Shown: positions 43,229 through 53,400 of the stretch, one piece after another
Layout: every line of letters begins with the position of its first letter
Numbering within the stretch: the stretch's first letter is position 1
Assembly (NCBI GenBank): GCA_963663235.2
Contig: CAXXNO010000004.1
Coordinates: forward strand, 886,830 to 950,829
Direction of reading: 5' to 3'
DNA length: 64,000 nt
Source of the DNA: Dehalococcoidia bacterium
GTDB taxonomy: Bacteria; Chloroflexota; Dehalococcoidia; Bin125
The notes under the pieces: model-generated
What the model was told of the DNA's origin: nothing
Database searches by the model: none
The model's input: the letters and a program-made list of their open reading frames with translations, nothing else
Position numbers and translations under genes: made by a program

Positions 43229-43528
43229 CGTCCGCCTCTCGCCCGGGGCCTCCACCGGTAGACTCCGCGACGATGGCCTTGGCCAAGGCGTTGATGTCGC
43301 GGGGCTTCCTGCGTGGTCACTCAGGTATACCTCTACTGTGGCACACCGCCGCCTAGTCGTGGATAAAAGGCCAACCCTCAAACTGACCCGCTACGCCCGT
43401 TCGACATCGTAACCATGCGGTAGTTCCTCTTGGACGACCGTTCAACGCCGCCCAACTTGACGAACGTCCTCGTCGCCTGATCTTGCGTGATGTTGCGAAG
43501 ACGGGCCACTTGCGTGTCGGTGAGACGA

Positions 43529-44935
43529 TCAGGCCCAGTCGCGGATGTCGACGAAGTGGCCGGCGACGGCGGCGGCGGCGGCCATGGGCGGGCTGACGAG
43601 GTGGGTGCGGCCGCCGGGGCCCTGGCGGCCCTCGAAGTTGCGGTTGGAGGTGGAAGCGCAGCGCTCGCCGGGCTGGAGGATGTCGGGGTTCATGCCGAGG
43701 CACATGGAGCAGCCGGCCTCGCGCCACTCGAAGCCGGCGTCGCGGAAGATCTCCGCGAGGCCCTCCTCCTCGGCCTGAGCTTTGATGAGGCCGGAGCCGG
43801 GGACGACCATCGCGCTGACGCTGGACGCGACTTGCTTCCCCTCGACGACCGCAGCCGCCGCGCGCAGGTCTTCGATGCGCGAGTTCGTGCAGGATCCGAT
43901 GAAGACGCGGTCGAGCGGGATGTCGACCATGCGCGTGCCCGGCGCGAGGTCGTGGTAGGCCAAGGCGCGGGCGGCGGTCTCCTGGGCGGCGCGGTCTGGC
44001 AGGGACTTGGGTTCGGGGATGACGCCGGTGACGGGGACGCTCTGCGCGGGGGTCGTGCCCCAAGTGACGTAGGGCTCGATGCGAGAGCCGTCGATGACGA
44101 CGTTCTTGTCGAACGTCGCGCCGGGGTCGGTGGTCAAGGTGCGCCAGTGGGCCAGGGCCCGGTCCCAGGCGTCGCCGGTGGGGGCGAAGGCGCGGCCCTC
44201 GACGTAGGCGAAGGTGGCGTCGTCGGGCGCGACGAGGCCAGCGCGGGCACCGCCTTCGATCGTCATGTTGCAGACCGTCAGGCGGCCTTCCATGGACATG
44301 TCGCGGATCACATCGCCGCGGAACTCGATCACGTGGCCGACGCCGCCGCTGACGCCGATGCGGTTGATGATGGTGAGGATGACGTCCTTGGGCGTGCCCC
44401 ACGCGGGCAGCGAGCCCGTGACTTCCACCGACATTTGCTTGAGGGGCTGCTGGGACAGCGTCTGCGTGGCGAAGACGTGCTCCACCTCCGAGGTCCCGAT
44501 GCCGAAGGCAAGGGCGCCGAAAGCGCCGTGGGTGGAAGTGTGGGAGTCGCCGCAGACGATGGTCATGCCGGGCTGGGTGAGGCCCTGCTCCGGGCCGACG
44601 ATGTGCACGATGCCCTGGCGCCGGTCCAGCACATCGAAGAGGGGGATGCCGAACTCGTCGCAGTTGCGGCGCAAGGCGTCCACCTGCCGCCGGGAGAGGG
44701 GGTCGGGGAAAGGCTTGTCGCGGTCCACGGTGGGCACATTGTGATCGGGCGTGGCGATGGTGAGGTCGGGCCGGCGGAGGGGGCGGCCGTTTTCGCGAAG
44801 GCCGTCGAAGGCCTGGGGGGAGGTGACCTCATGGATGAGGTGGAGGTCGATGTAGAGGAGGTCGGGCCGGCCTTCCTCCCGTCGGACCAAGTGCGCGTCC
44901 CAGATCTTTTGGGCGAGCGTGCGCGGCTCAGGCAT
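43529..44935 (-). CDS. leuC: 3-isopropylmalate dehydratase large subunit
   Basis: [62 protein letters not shown]. Confidence 0.97.
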   Translation of the reverse strand: MPEPRTLAQKIWDAHLVRREEGRPDLLYIDLHLIHEVTSPQAFDGLRENGRPLRRPDLTIATPDHNVPTVDRDKPFPDPLSRRQVDALRRNCDEFGIPLFDVLDRRQGIVHIVGPEQGLTQPGMTIVCGDSHTSTHGAFGALAFGIGTSEVEHVFATQTLSQQPLKQMSVEVTGSLPAWGTPKDVILTIINRIGVSGGVGHVIEFRGDVIRDMSMEGRLTVCNMTIEGGARAGLVAPDDATFAYVEGRAFAPTGDAWDRALAHWRTLTTDPGATFDKNVVIDGSRIEPYVTWGTTPAQSVPVTGVIPEPKSLPDRAAQETAARALAYHDLAPGTRMVDIPLDRVFIGSCTNSRIEDLRAAAAVVEGKQVASSVSAMVVPGSGLIKAQAEEEGLAEIFRDAGFEWREAGCSMCLGMNPDILQPGERCASTSNRNFEGRQGPGGRTHLVSPPMAAAAAVAGHFVDIRDWA

Positions 44936-45057
44936 CGGCCGGCCCTTCCGTCCCGTCACTTAACGGGCGCGGCCATTGTAGCGACGTGGGGTGGCCGATT
45001 TGCGGTCCGGCCGGGGGTGGCCGTCCGGCCTGGGTGTGGAGCGGGCGGCGGGCGGGC

Positions 45058-46191
45058 TCAGGCGAGAAGAGCGATGCCGCCGATGGCGACGAATGCGCCG
45101 AGGACGCCCCAGATCGTGACCCGCTCGTGCAGGAAGATGGCCGCGAGGGGCAGGGCAAAGATGGAGGAGGTGGCGAAAAGGACAGCGGTGGGCCCAGCGC
45201 CGATCTTCTGCACGGCGAAGACGATGAGGATGGTGCCGAGGCCCGTGGTGAAAGCGCCGGTCAACCCGATCAAGCCGGCGATGCGCGGCGTGAAGCCGGC
45301 GGTGAAGAGGCGGCCACGGCGGCCGAGCAGCAGGGAGGTGCCCATCAGGATCGCGGCAGGCGAGAGATGGACGACGGCGACGGCGGAGGCGTCGAAGCCG
45401 GGGGCGACGCTGCGAAGCCAGGTGGTGTCGCCGGCCCAGGCGAGGCCGGTGGCGAGGGCGAAGAGCGCGCCGAGGAGCAGGCGGGGCAACGCGATGCCGA
45501 GGACCGGGATGCGGACGGCCGTGGACGGCGCAGCGATCCCGCTGCCGCCCGCAATGGGCGGGCGTCGGCGCCAGCGCCAGCGCCGGCCGGTTGCGGAGGC
45601 CGGGGGCTTGAGGGGGAGACGGAGGCCGACATCGGCGGAGGCGTCGGTGCGGTTCGATCCCAAGAAGAGCGTGGGCGGCAGCTGCCCGAGACCGGCCGCC
45701 GGTAGGTCGAAGCCAGCGGCGGCGGTCTGCATCGTCGGGCGGGCGCGGCCGTAGACGGCGACGGTGTAGACGCCGACGAGGATGAGGACGGCGCCCGCGG
45801 AGGCCCGCAAGGTCACGGGTTCGTCGAGGAGGATGGCGGGGAGGATGAAGGCGCCGAGACTGAAGAGGCCGATCACGGCGGTGTAGCCGCGGGTGAGGCC
45901 GAGAAAGGCGAGGGTGAGGACGTAGGTGGGCTCGCCGATGGCGAAGATGAGCAAGCCCGCGACGGTGAGCTGCCACATGGTATCGAAGTCCATGCGCCAG
46001 AGGTCACCCTGGCCGCCGAGGACGAAGACGGCGGCCCAGACGAAGGCCGCGGCGAAGACGGTGCGGACAGTGGCGACGGAGATCGAATCGATGTGGGCGA
46101 GCTTGGAGGTGATGAACGTGCCGGCGATGGCCCAGCTGAGGGCGTCGCCGAGGGCGGCTAGGGCACCCATACGCGCCCAGCGTGTCCGCAT
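45058..46191 (-). CDS. DMT/EamA family transporter with a long central loop
   Basis: Two five-helix halves ending LLDEPVT and FLHERVT; start uncertain (46191 or 46170). Confidence 0.8.
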   Translation of the reverse strand: MRTRWARMGALAALGDALSWAIAGTFITSKLAHIDSISVATVRTVFAAAFVWAAVFVLGGQGDLWRMDFDTMWQLTVAGLLIFAIGEPTYVLTLAFLGLTRGYTAVIGLFSLGAFILPAILLDEPVTLRASAGAVLILVGVYTVAVYGRARPTMQTAAAGFDLPAAGLGQLPPTLFLGSNRTDASADVGLRLPLKPPASATGRRWRWRRRPPIAGGSGIAAPSTAVRIPVLGIALPRLLLGALFALATGLAWAGDTTWLRSVAPGFDASAVAVVHLSPAAILMGTSLLLGRRGRLFTAGFTPRIAGLIGLTGAFTTGLGTILIVFAVQKIGAGPTAVLFATSSIFALPLAAIFLHERVTIWGVLGAFVAIGGIALLA

Positions 46192-46319
46192 GAGGGCTGA
46201 TGGAACATGGGCACCAATGTAGAGGAGCGAGCGCGGGTCGCGTTGACGGGGCACGGGGGCGGGGCTATGGAGGAAGCCTGCACGGTGACGGCCGTGCAGA
46301 GGAGACGACGGAGGCGCTC

Positions 46320-47249
46320 ATGGGATCCGTGGAGTTCGGCGCGCAGGTGCGACTGATCGGGACGACGTGGGACGAGGTGGAGGCGGTGGGGCGGGCGATC
46401 GACGCGGGGCCGTGGCGGAGCCTATGGACGGGCGACCACCTGGTTGCGGTGCTGGGCGACGAGGGCGAGGCGGTGCTGGAAGCGTGGGTCGCGCTGGCGG
46501 GGCTGGCGACGGTGACGAATCGGGTGCGGCTGGGCGTGCTGGTATCGGCGAACACGCTGCGGCACCCGGCGGTGGTGGCGAAGATGGCGGCGACGATCGA
46601 CCAGATGAGCAGGGGGCGGCTGGAGTTGGGCATCGGGGCGGGCTACCACCGTCGGGAGCACGAGGCGTACGGGTTCGAGTTCCCATCGATCAAGAAGCGG
46701 TTCGACATGCTGGACGAGGCGTGCGAGGTGCTGAAGCGGCTGCTGACGGCGGAGGGGCCGGTGGACTATCGGGGGGAGCACTACCAGTTGGTGCGTGCGC
46801 CGTTCGCGCCGCGGTGCCTGCAGAAGCCGCACCCGCCGATCGTGGTGGCGGGGGGCGGGGAGCAGCGGACGTTCCGCACGGTGGCGCGCTACGGGGACGT
46901 GATGAACGTGGTGGGGATCACACCGGCGGAGTTGCGGCGGAAGATCGGGGTGCTGGAGGAGCGCTGCGCGGAGGTGGGGCGGGACCCGGCGGAGATCCGC
47001 AAGACGGTGCTGACGTTTGTGCAGGTGACGGAGGATGCGGCGGAGGCGGAACGGCTGCGGGATCGGTACCGGGTGTTCGTGCAGACGGAGGAGGCGATGC
47101 GGGCGCTGCCGGTGGGGCCGGCGGGGGAGGTGGCGGAGAAGCTGCGGGCGTTCGCGGAGGCGGGGGCGGAGGAGATTATCGTGACGGACCTGCCGAACGA
47201 GGTGGGGGCGTACGAGCGGTTGGGGGAGGTGGTGGGAAGAGTGGGGTAG
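46320..47249 (+). CDS. LLM class (probably F420-dependent) oxidoreductase
   Basis: WTGDHL, RHPAVVAKMAATID.MS.GRLELGIGAG, LQKPHPPIVVAGGGE. Confidence 0.92.
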   Translation: MGSVEFGAQVRLIGTTWDEVEAVGRAIDAGPWRSLWTGDHLVAVLGDEGEAVLEAWVALAGLATVTNRVRLGVLVSANTLRHPAVVAKMAATIDQMSRGRLELGIGAGYHRREHEAYGFEFPSIKKRFDMLDEACEVLKRLLTAEGPVDYRGEHYQLVRAPFAPRCLQKPHPPIVVAGGGEQRTFRTVARYGDVMNVVGITPAELRRKIGVLEERCAEVGRDPAEIRKTVLTFVQVTEDAAEAERLRDRYRVFVQTEEAMRALPVGPAGEVAEKLRAFAEAGAEEIIVTDLPNEVGAYERLGEVVGRVG

Positions 47250-47390
47250 GGGGGCGGAGGCGTCGGCGGCGCCGTTGCCTTGCATCGCGGCTCTCCGTGG
47301 CGGCGGATCCGCTTGGAGGGGACGGTGGCGGGGTATTGGCGTTGGTGATGTAAATGGGGGCTATCGATAGAGGAGTTCTATTTCTGGTTT

Positions 47391-47433
47391 GGGGAGGGGG
47401 AGGGGGGAGGGAGAGGAGGGAGGGGAGGCGAGG
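47391..47433 (+). repeat. Polypurine G/A tract
   Basis: GGGGAGGGGGAGGGGGGAGGGAGAGGAGGGAGGGGAGG. Confidence 0.85.
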
Positions 47434-47533
47434 TAGCGAACGACCCCCATGCCGGTAGAGTTAGCATCATTATTATCGTGATGGCATGAAGCCTCATAGC
47501 TCCGAGTGGGTGCCATCACTGCGGAACGCAAGT

Positions 47534-48058
47534 ATGGCTGCTCAAAAGCGGAAGCGAATTACAAGAGGGAGCCGGACGGCTCCATCCTTCCGCGGACTCA
47601 CGCCTGCATCCGAAGCGAGTTCGCGGGCGAAGCGTGCGAACGGCGCGGGAGACACGAAGCCGGAACTGATGCTGCGGCGCCGACTTTGGGCTATAGGGCT
47701 TCGCTACCGTGTGAAGAACCACAGCTTCCCGGGGAGACCCGATCTCGTTTTCCGGCGAGCAAGGGTTGTCGTCTTCTGTGACGGCGATTTCTGGCACGGG
47801 CGGGACTGGCCAAAGCTCAGAGATAAACTGCAGAAGGGGACTAATGGCGAGTACTGGGTAGCAAAGATCGCTCGGAATCGCGAGCGCGACCGCGAGAATA
47901 ATCAGCGGCTTTCCCCAACCGGCTGGCATGTCATCCGCATCTGGGAGGGCGAGATAAGACGGGATCCAGATGCTGCCGCGGAGTGCGTCAGAGATGTGGT
48001 GCATGCACGGCTGCACTCGGGGAGCGAGAGACACCAATTAGAGGTGCCGTGCCACTGA
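47534..48058 (+). CDS. vsr: Very-short-patch repair endonuclease
   Basis: DTKPE..LRR.L...G.RYR, PGRPD.VF, FCDGDFWHG, YW..KI.RN.ERD, IRIWE. Confidence 0.92.
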   Translation: MAAQKRKRITRGSRTAPSFRGLTPASEASSRAKRANGAGDTKPELMLRRRLWAIGLRYRVKNHSFPGRPDLVFRRARVVVFCDGDFWHGRDWPKLRDKLQKGTNGEYWVAKIARNRERDRENNQRLSPTGWHVIRIWEGEIRRDPDAAAECVRDVVHARLHSGSERHQLEVPCH

Positions 48059-49298
48059 CCTGCCCCCCCAGAACCGGTCCAGATCCTGTGCGAGGATTCG
48101 GGCCGGTGCGAAGGGAGTCGGCATGGCACGCAAGCGGTACGCGGCCGAGGAGATCATCGGCCACCTGCGGGAGGCGGAGGGGGTGCTCGCGCCGGGGGAA
48201 TCGGTCGCGCCGGTCGCGCGCCGCCTCGGCGTGGCCGAGCCAACGTATTACCGCTGGCGGCGGGAGGACGGGGGGCTGCGGGTCGACCAGGCCAAGCGGC
48301 TGAAAGAACGGGAGCGCGAGAACAGTCGGCTGAAGCGGGTGGTGGCCGATCAGGCGCGGGCCAACGCGATGGTGCGGGACGTCGCAGCGGGAAACTTCTG
48401 AGCCCGGCCAAGCGGCGCCGGGCGACATCCTACCGCACGGACCCGTACGCGGTGTCGGAGCGGCGGGCCTGCCCGGTCACCGGCCAGGCGCGGGCGACCC
48501 AGCGCGACGTGCCCCGGCCGTCCCCGGATGCGCCGGCGCTGATCGCGCGCAGCGTCGCGCTGGCCCCCCGCTGCGGCCGCTACGGCTCCCGTCGCATCCC
48601 GGCCCGGCTGCGCCAGGCGGGCTGGCGGGTGAACCCCAAGCGGGTCGAGCGGCGCTGGCGTCAGGAAGGCTGGCGGGTCCCCGGGAAGCACCCCCAACGG
48701 GGCCGCCGCTGGCTCGCGGCCGGCTCGCTGGTGCGGCGGCGGGCCGAGCGGCCGTCCCACGTCTGGTCCGACGCCTTCGTCTTCGACCGCACCGCCGAGG
48801 GGCGCCCGGTGCGGATCCTCGCCATCGTGGATGAGGACCACCCGCGAGGGCCTGCGTCTCGACGTCGCCCGCCGACGGCGCCGCGACGTCGGCCTGGCGC
48901 GGTTGGCCCAGCTGTTCGTCGAGCGCGGGCCGCCGCCGTTTCTGCGGTCCGCCAACGGCCCGGCGTGCACCGCCACCGCGGTGCGGGACTGGCTGCACCG
49001 GGTCGGGGGCACGACCCGCTTCATCGAACCGGGCAGGCCTTGGGCGAACGGCTCTGGGGAATCGTTCAACGGCAAGCTGCGCGACGCGTGCCTCAATCGC
49101 GAGCGCTTCGACACCCTGCTGGAAGCCCAGATCCTCATCGCGGGCTGGCGGCGGGAGGACAACCCGATCCGCCCCCACCGTGCCCTCGGCTACCGCCCCC
49201 CCGCCCCGGAAACGCAGCAACCCCGGGAACCGTCCCATGACGCGCGTCCCGGCGATCGGACTCACTTAACGACTGGTACAACGATCGGGGGCAGGTCA
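48056..49298 (+). mobile_element. IS3-family insertion sequence (1243 bp), degenerate; orfA 48123-48401, orfB frameshifted
   Basis: Inverted repeats TGACCTGCCCCC.../...GGGGGCAGGTCA; OrfA YYRWRRE.GG; GGGAAAC at the orfA/orfB junction; ESFNGKLRD.CLN; no target-site duplication. Confidence 0.93.
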
Positions 49299-50171
49299 TT
49301 CGGAGACCGGCGCCGCGTGGTCAACGCCTACGAAGATCACGCCCACGTCTACCAGCACCTGCGGGAGCACGGCGGCACCGTCATCCTCCGAGGTCGGGGC
49401 ATTGTCGCCTCCCGGATCATCCAACGGCTCTGGGAAGAGCGCGCTCACAACGCGAATATTCAGATCATTCATCTTCACCGCTCCCGCCTGGCCGCGGGCC
49501 ACCGGTTCGGCATCGCCCGGCGGCCGGTCAAGGACGAGTTCGAATTGCAATCGTTCAACTGGCCCAAGGGGTGCTGGGGTGGCGAGCCGCGCAGGCTCTT
49601 GGAGCGCGCCTCCGACGAGCGACGAAAGCAGCTCCTCGACGTATGGGGCGGCACCACCACCGCCCGCCGGCGGGACTGGCTCCAAATGATCCAGGACGGG
49701 CTGCGGGAGGGGTGGTACCGGCCGGAATACGGGGTGGTCCGCGAGGTAGAGCTGGCCGACGACGGGGTCGTCACCCGGATCTCGAGCAAACTCGGCGGCG
49801 GCGGCACGCTGGAACTGAAGGTGGACTTCGTCATCGATTGCACGGGCCTCATCGCGGGCCTAGAGCGCAGCCCGCTCCTCACGGACCTGTTGGAGACCTA
49901 TCAACTGCCCCGCAACAAGCTCGGGCGGGTGCAGGTGAGCAATGATTTTGAAGTCGAAGGGATGCGACACGCTCAGGCGCGCCTCTATGCCGCCGGGGCG
50001 ATCACGCTGGGCGGACCGTTCGCCGCCGTCGACAGCTTCCTGGGCCTGCAGTTCGCCGCCTTGCGGGCGGTGGATTCCATCTACTCCCAGCGGCCCGCTG
50101 GGCTGCGCCGCCTCAACGGCCTCTATTCCCTCTGGCAGTGGACGAAGTGGGCGCGGGGAGTTTCGCCGTGA
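49299..50171 (+). pseudogene. 5'-truncated FAD/NAD(P)-binding-like protein of the FHA cluster
   Basis: Coding frame begins exactly at the IS end (FGDRRRVVNAYE); VILRGRGIVASR Rossmann-like motif, VDFVIDCTG, VDSFLGLQ. Confidence 0.75.
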
Positions 50172-50584
50172 CGCCTACGATCAGCGGGCGCTGGCAGACC
50201 CGCGTGGCCACCCTCGGCACGGTCGGTGCCATCGTGACCTCGCTCTTCGCCGCGGGCTATTGGGACGCGACGTTCTTCGTGGTCCTCGGCTACGTCGCGG
50301 CCTTCGGAATCGCTTGGGACGTCCTCTATATCCTTCTGCAACGGCTGCGGTGGGATCGCGACTGGCCGACGTCCTTCCAGGTGGCCAACGGAGTCATCGA
50401 GGGCATCCTGGTCTACGCGCTGATCGACGCCACCGGGCTCCCCGGCATCGAGGAGGGATCCGTAGGAGTGGGCCTCTTCGTCGCCCACTACGGGTTCACA
50501 TGGCTCAGCGCTTTTATCTTGGTGCAAGGGCCAATGCGGGCCGTCTTCCCTCGCTGGCGATTTCTGGGAGGCCGCATCCTCTGA
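50168..50584 (+). CDS. Small four-helix membrane protein (TPTxxGRWQTR / RWDRDWP type)
   Basis: GTGA overlap with the upstream gene; MTPTISGRWQTR, LQRLRWDRDWP, GPMR..FPRWRF.GGR. Confidence 0.8.
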   Translation: MTPTISGRWQTRVATLGTVGAIVTSLFAAGYWDATFFVVLGYVAAFGIAWDVLYILLQRLRWDRDWPTSFQVANGVIEGILVYALIDATGLPGIEEGSVGVGLFVAHYGFTWLSAFILVQGPMRAVFPRWRFLGGRIL

Positions 50585-50603
50585 ACAGTCGGATGAAACG
50601 AAA

Positions 50604-51314
50604 TCAGCGGACGACGACGAGGAAGTTCGCCTCACCGATGCTGATCTCGTCGCCAGTTTCCAACGCCCCCCCCGGAGCAGGTTCGGCGCTCCGAAGGCGT
50701 ACCTTCGTGTCGGTCGGCGACGCGATAACCGGTCTTCCGTCCCTGATCTCGATAGCCGCTTGGGCGGCCGCGGTTCGGTCCGTGGCCTGCACTTCGCCCT
50801 TGCCGCCGGCACTGACGAGAAAGCATTCGCCGGACAGGAGATCGAACGTTTCGACATCGGCGGCAATGAGGCGACAAGCGGTCTCACGCCGCTCAAGGAT
50901 CGTGGTCGGCGCATTGACGAGCAATGTTCCGCAGTACCAACATTCCTTGTCCGTGGCTATGTTTTCGCGAGAGCAGTGGCTACAGATCGGGCCGGAGAGG
51001 CGGTCCCCCGCCGCCAAGTCGTGAAAGGTCAGCTGCACGCTGCCCAGCTGAATGCGGTCGCCGTCGGAAAGCGGGACCGGGCGGTCGACCGGGGCGCCGT
51101 TGACCCTCGCCGGATTGGTCGTGCTGAGGTTCTCGATGAGAAATAGGCCAGCTTCGCCACGCAGCATGGCGTGGGAGCGAGACACGGTCGGGTCGTCCAG
51201 GCGCACCTGCACCTCCCCGGTCCGGCCGATCCGGGTGTCGCCGCGCTCCAGGAGATCGGCCGCGTGGAGCTGCCCGCCCTCCGGCCAGACAAGGACTGCT
51301 CGCGCCATTTCCAT
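50604..51314 (-). CDS. FHA domain + zinc ribbon + degenerate FHA-like domain protein
   Basis: IGR, VSRSHA, STTN..VNG, LSDGDRI.LG; CSHC-x10-CWYCG; C-terminal LETGDEISIG. Confidence 0.85.
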   Translation of the reverse strand: MEMARAVLVWPEGGQLHAADLLERGDTRIGRTGEVQVRLDDPTVSRSHAMLRGEAGLFLIENLSTTNPARVNGAPVDRPVPLSDGDRIQLGSVQLTFHDLAAGDRLSGPICSHCSRENIATDKECWYCGTLLVNAPTTILERRETACRLIAADVETFDLLSGECFLVSAGGKGEVQATDRTAAAQAAIEIRDGRPVIASPTDTKVRLRSAEPAPGGALETGDEISIGEANFLVVVR

Positions 51315-51519
51315 TTCCCTAGATGCCGATGGCATCTGACCTGCAAGGAGTTGAACGTGGGAGTCGGCGGAAAGCCTAGCACGCTGGTGGCGCGGACGGC
51401 GCTATCGCAGAGGAGGCCACCGCGAAGCGCGGCGGCGACCTCGGCAGGCGCTGTCCGCCCCATCACGATGCCCAAGGCGCCGATAACGGTCGCAGGCATC
51501 GTCGGGCCCTCGCTGGATA

Positions 51520-53400
51520 ATGATCCGCTCTACTCGGAAAGATCCAACTGCTGTGCCCGGCGCTGAGCCACTCCCAGAAGCGACGCTGCGCCTCCTGGAA
51601 TCGGGCGAGGTCCATCGTCTCTCCAGCGAGGCCGAGCTCACCATCGGCCGAGCCGGCGACAACGACGTGGTGCTCGATCGCGAGGCCGTCAGCCGGTATC
51701 AGGCCCGCATCCAATTCCGATCCGGCGAGTACACGGTCGAAGATCTGCACAGCGCCAACGGAACCTTCGTCGACCGCGACGGCGAGCTGCTTCGGGTCAC
51801 GGAATCCGCAGCGCTTCGTGCCGGCGACATCCTGCAGGTCGGTCCCTTCCGCCTCCTCTTCCAGGACGGCAGCGCCGCCCAACCCGATCCGGCGCACGGT
51901 CAACCGTGGGGCCGCAGCATTCACGTGCCCACGGTGGCCGCGGGATTCAGTCACTTCTTTGCGGGCTTTCTCGTCTGGGCGCTGCCTGCGGTGCTCGCCG
52001 CTGATATCGCCGCCGACCACGGGCTGTCCGCGGTCGAGGCGAAGATTCTTCCGGCGACCGCGATCATGCTGGGCGCCGGCGCCCGGCTGTTCTTTGGCTT
52101 CATGACGGACTCCCGCGGTCCCTTGCGGTCCGGCGCCTGGTCGCTCGGCCTTGCCGTGGTCGCCCTGGCTGTCCTGGGCGCTTTCGGCAACGAACAGGCG
52201 GTCCTTTGGCCGGCCGTTGCCCTCCTGGGAGTGGGCTTGGCTTCCCTCCCGGTCGCCTTGCCGCTGGCCAGCCAGCGGACCGCGCCGGAACGGCGCGGTC
52301 TGGCGCTCGGCGTGGTGGCCGCCGGAAGCGTGGGCATCGCCTTTGCCGCGTTGATCGGTCCGCCGCTGGCGGACGCCCTCGACTGGCAGTCGGTCTTTGC
52401 GCTGGCCATCGTGCCCACGCTGGCGGCGCTCGGCGTCTTCATCTACGGCGCCCGCGGAGTCTGGTCAGCGCCTCCGCGGGGCGCCTGGCGGCCCATGGCG
52501 CGGGGAAGTGGGCTCCGCGTGGTCGCGCTGATCTTCGGAATCACGTTTGGCTCCTTCGCCGGGCTGTATACCGTGCTGCCCGCCGTCCTGCGGGCCAAGG
52601 ACTTCGAGTTGAGCGTCTCCGAGGCCGTGCTGGTGGTGGCGCTCGGGGCCCTCGCGGGAAGCGTGGCGCGTGTCATCGGCGGCACCCTGGCCGATCGTGT
52701 TGGTTCCAGCCGAGTCCTGCTGTGGGTCATGATCGCGACGACGGCCCTGCTGATCGTCGCCGGGAACCTCCCGCTGGCGCTGGCGCTGGTGGCATTCGTA
52801 GCCACGATGGCCGTCTTCGACGCCGGCACTGCGGCCGTCCTGAAGATGGCGGCCCAACAGTTTGGCCGCACCGTTGGCGTGGGCGTCGGACTCGTGAGCG
52901 CCGTGGGCGGCTTGTTCGGCTTCGCCATCTCCATTCTGATCACGAGCCTGTTCGAGAGCACGGGGTCCGCGGCGCTCGCCTTTGGCGTCCTGGCCGCGGC
53001 GCCCGCCGCCGGCGGCGCCTGGCTGCTGATTGCCGCCCACCGCCGCCCGGCCGGCGTTCGCGCGCCGGCCCTGCCCCCAGGGCCGCAACTGCAACGGCTC
53101 GATCCCTATGGCAAGCCGGTCGAGGGCGTCGCGATCGGACGCGAGCTCTCCATCGGCCGCGCGCCCGGCAACTGCCTCCTCCTGTCCGACGACGACTACG
53201 TCAGCCGCATGCACGCACAGCTCACGGTCGACGAGGGGCAAATCCGTCTCCGCGACCTCGCCAGCACCAACGGCACCATGCTCTGGCGCAATCAGCGCTG
53301 GCAACCCATCGAGACGGAGGAGTTGCGCGACGGAGACATCATCGTGATTGGTGCTAACGTGCTGCGGTACGCAGCGGGATCAATGGAGAGTGAGACGTGA
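51520..53400 (+). CDS. FHA - NarK/NNP-like MFS transporter - FHA fusion protein
   Basis: FHA1 (IGR, VSR, SANGT); MFS core with F.VW, GAGARLFFG..TD, GSVARVIGG.LADRVG; FHA2 (IGR, VSRMH, STNGT). Confidence 0.85.
   Translation: MIRSTRKDPTAVPGAEPLPEATLRLLESGEVHRLSSEAELTIGRAGDNDVVLDREAVSRYQARIQFRSGEYTVEDLHSANGTFVDRDGELLRVTESAALRAGDILQVGPFRLLFQDGSAAQPDPAHGQPWGRSIHVPTVAAGFSHFFAGFLVWALPAVLAADIAADHGLSAVEAKILPATAIMLGAGARLFFGFMTDSRGPLRSGAWSLGLAVVALAVLGAFGNEQAVLWPAVALLGVGLASLPVALPLASQRTAPERRGLALGVVAAGSVGIAFAALIGPPLADALDWQSVFALAIVPTLAALGVFIYGARGVWSAPPRGAWRPMARGSGLRVVALIFGITFGSFAGLYTVLPAVLRAKDFELSVSEAVLVVALGALAGSVARVIGGTLADRVGSSRVLLWVMIATTALLIVAGNLPLALALVAFVATMAVFDAGTAAVLKMAAQQFGRTVGVGVGLVSAVGGLFGFAISILITSLFESTGSAALAFGVLAAAPAAGGAWLLIAAHRRPAGVRAPALPPGPQLQRLDPYGKPVEGVAIGRELSIGRAPGNCLLLSDDDYVSRMHAQLTVDEGQIRLRDLASTNGTMLWRNQRWQPIETEELRDGDIIVIGANVLRYAAGSMESET

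Noticed and set aside
48831-50171. Transposase-flavoprotein fusion (446 aa)
   Set aside because: Chance in-frame readthrough from a decayed orfB across the IS right end into a truncated gene
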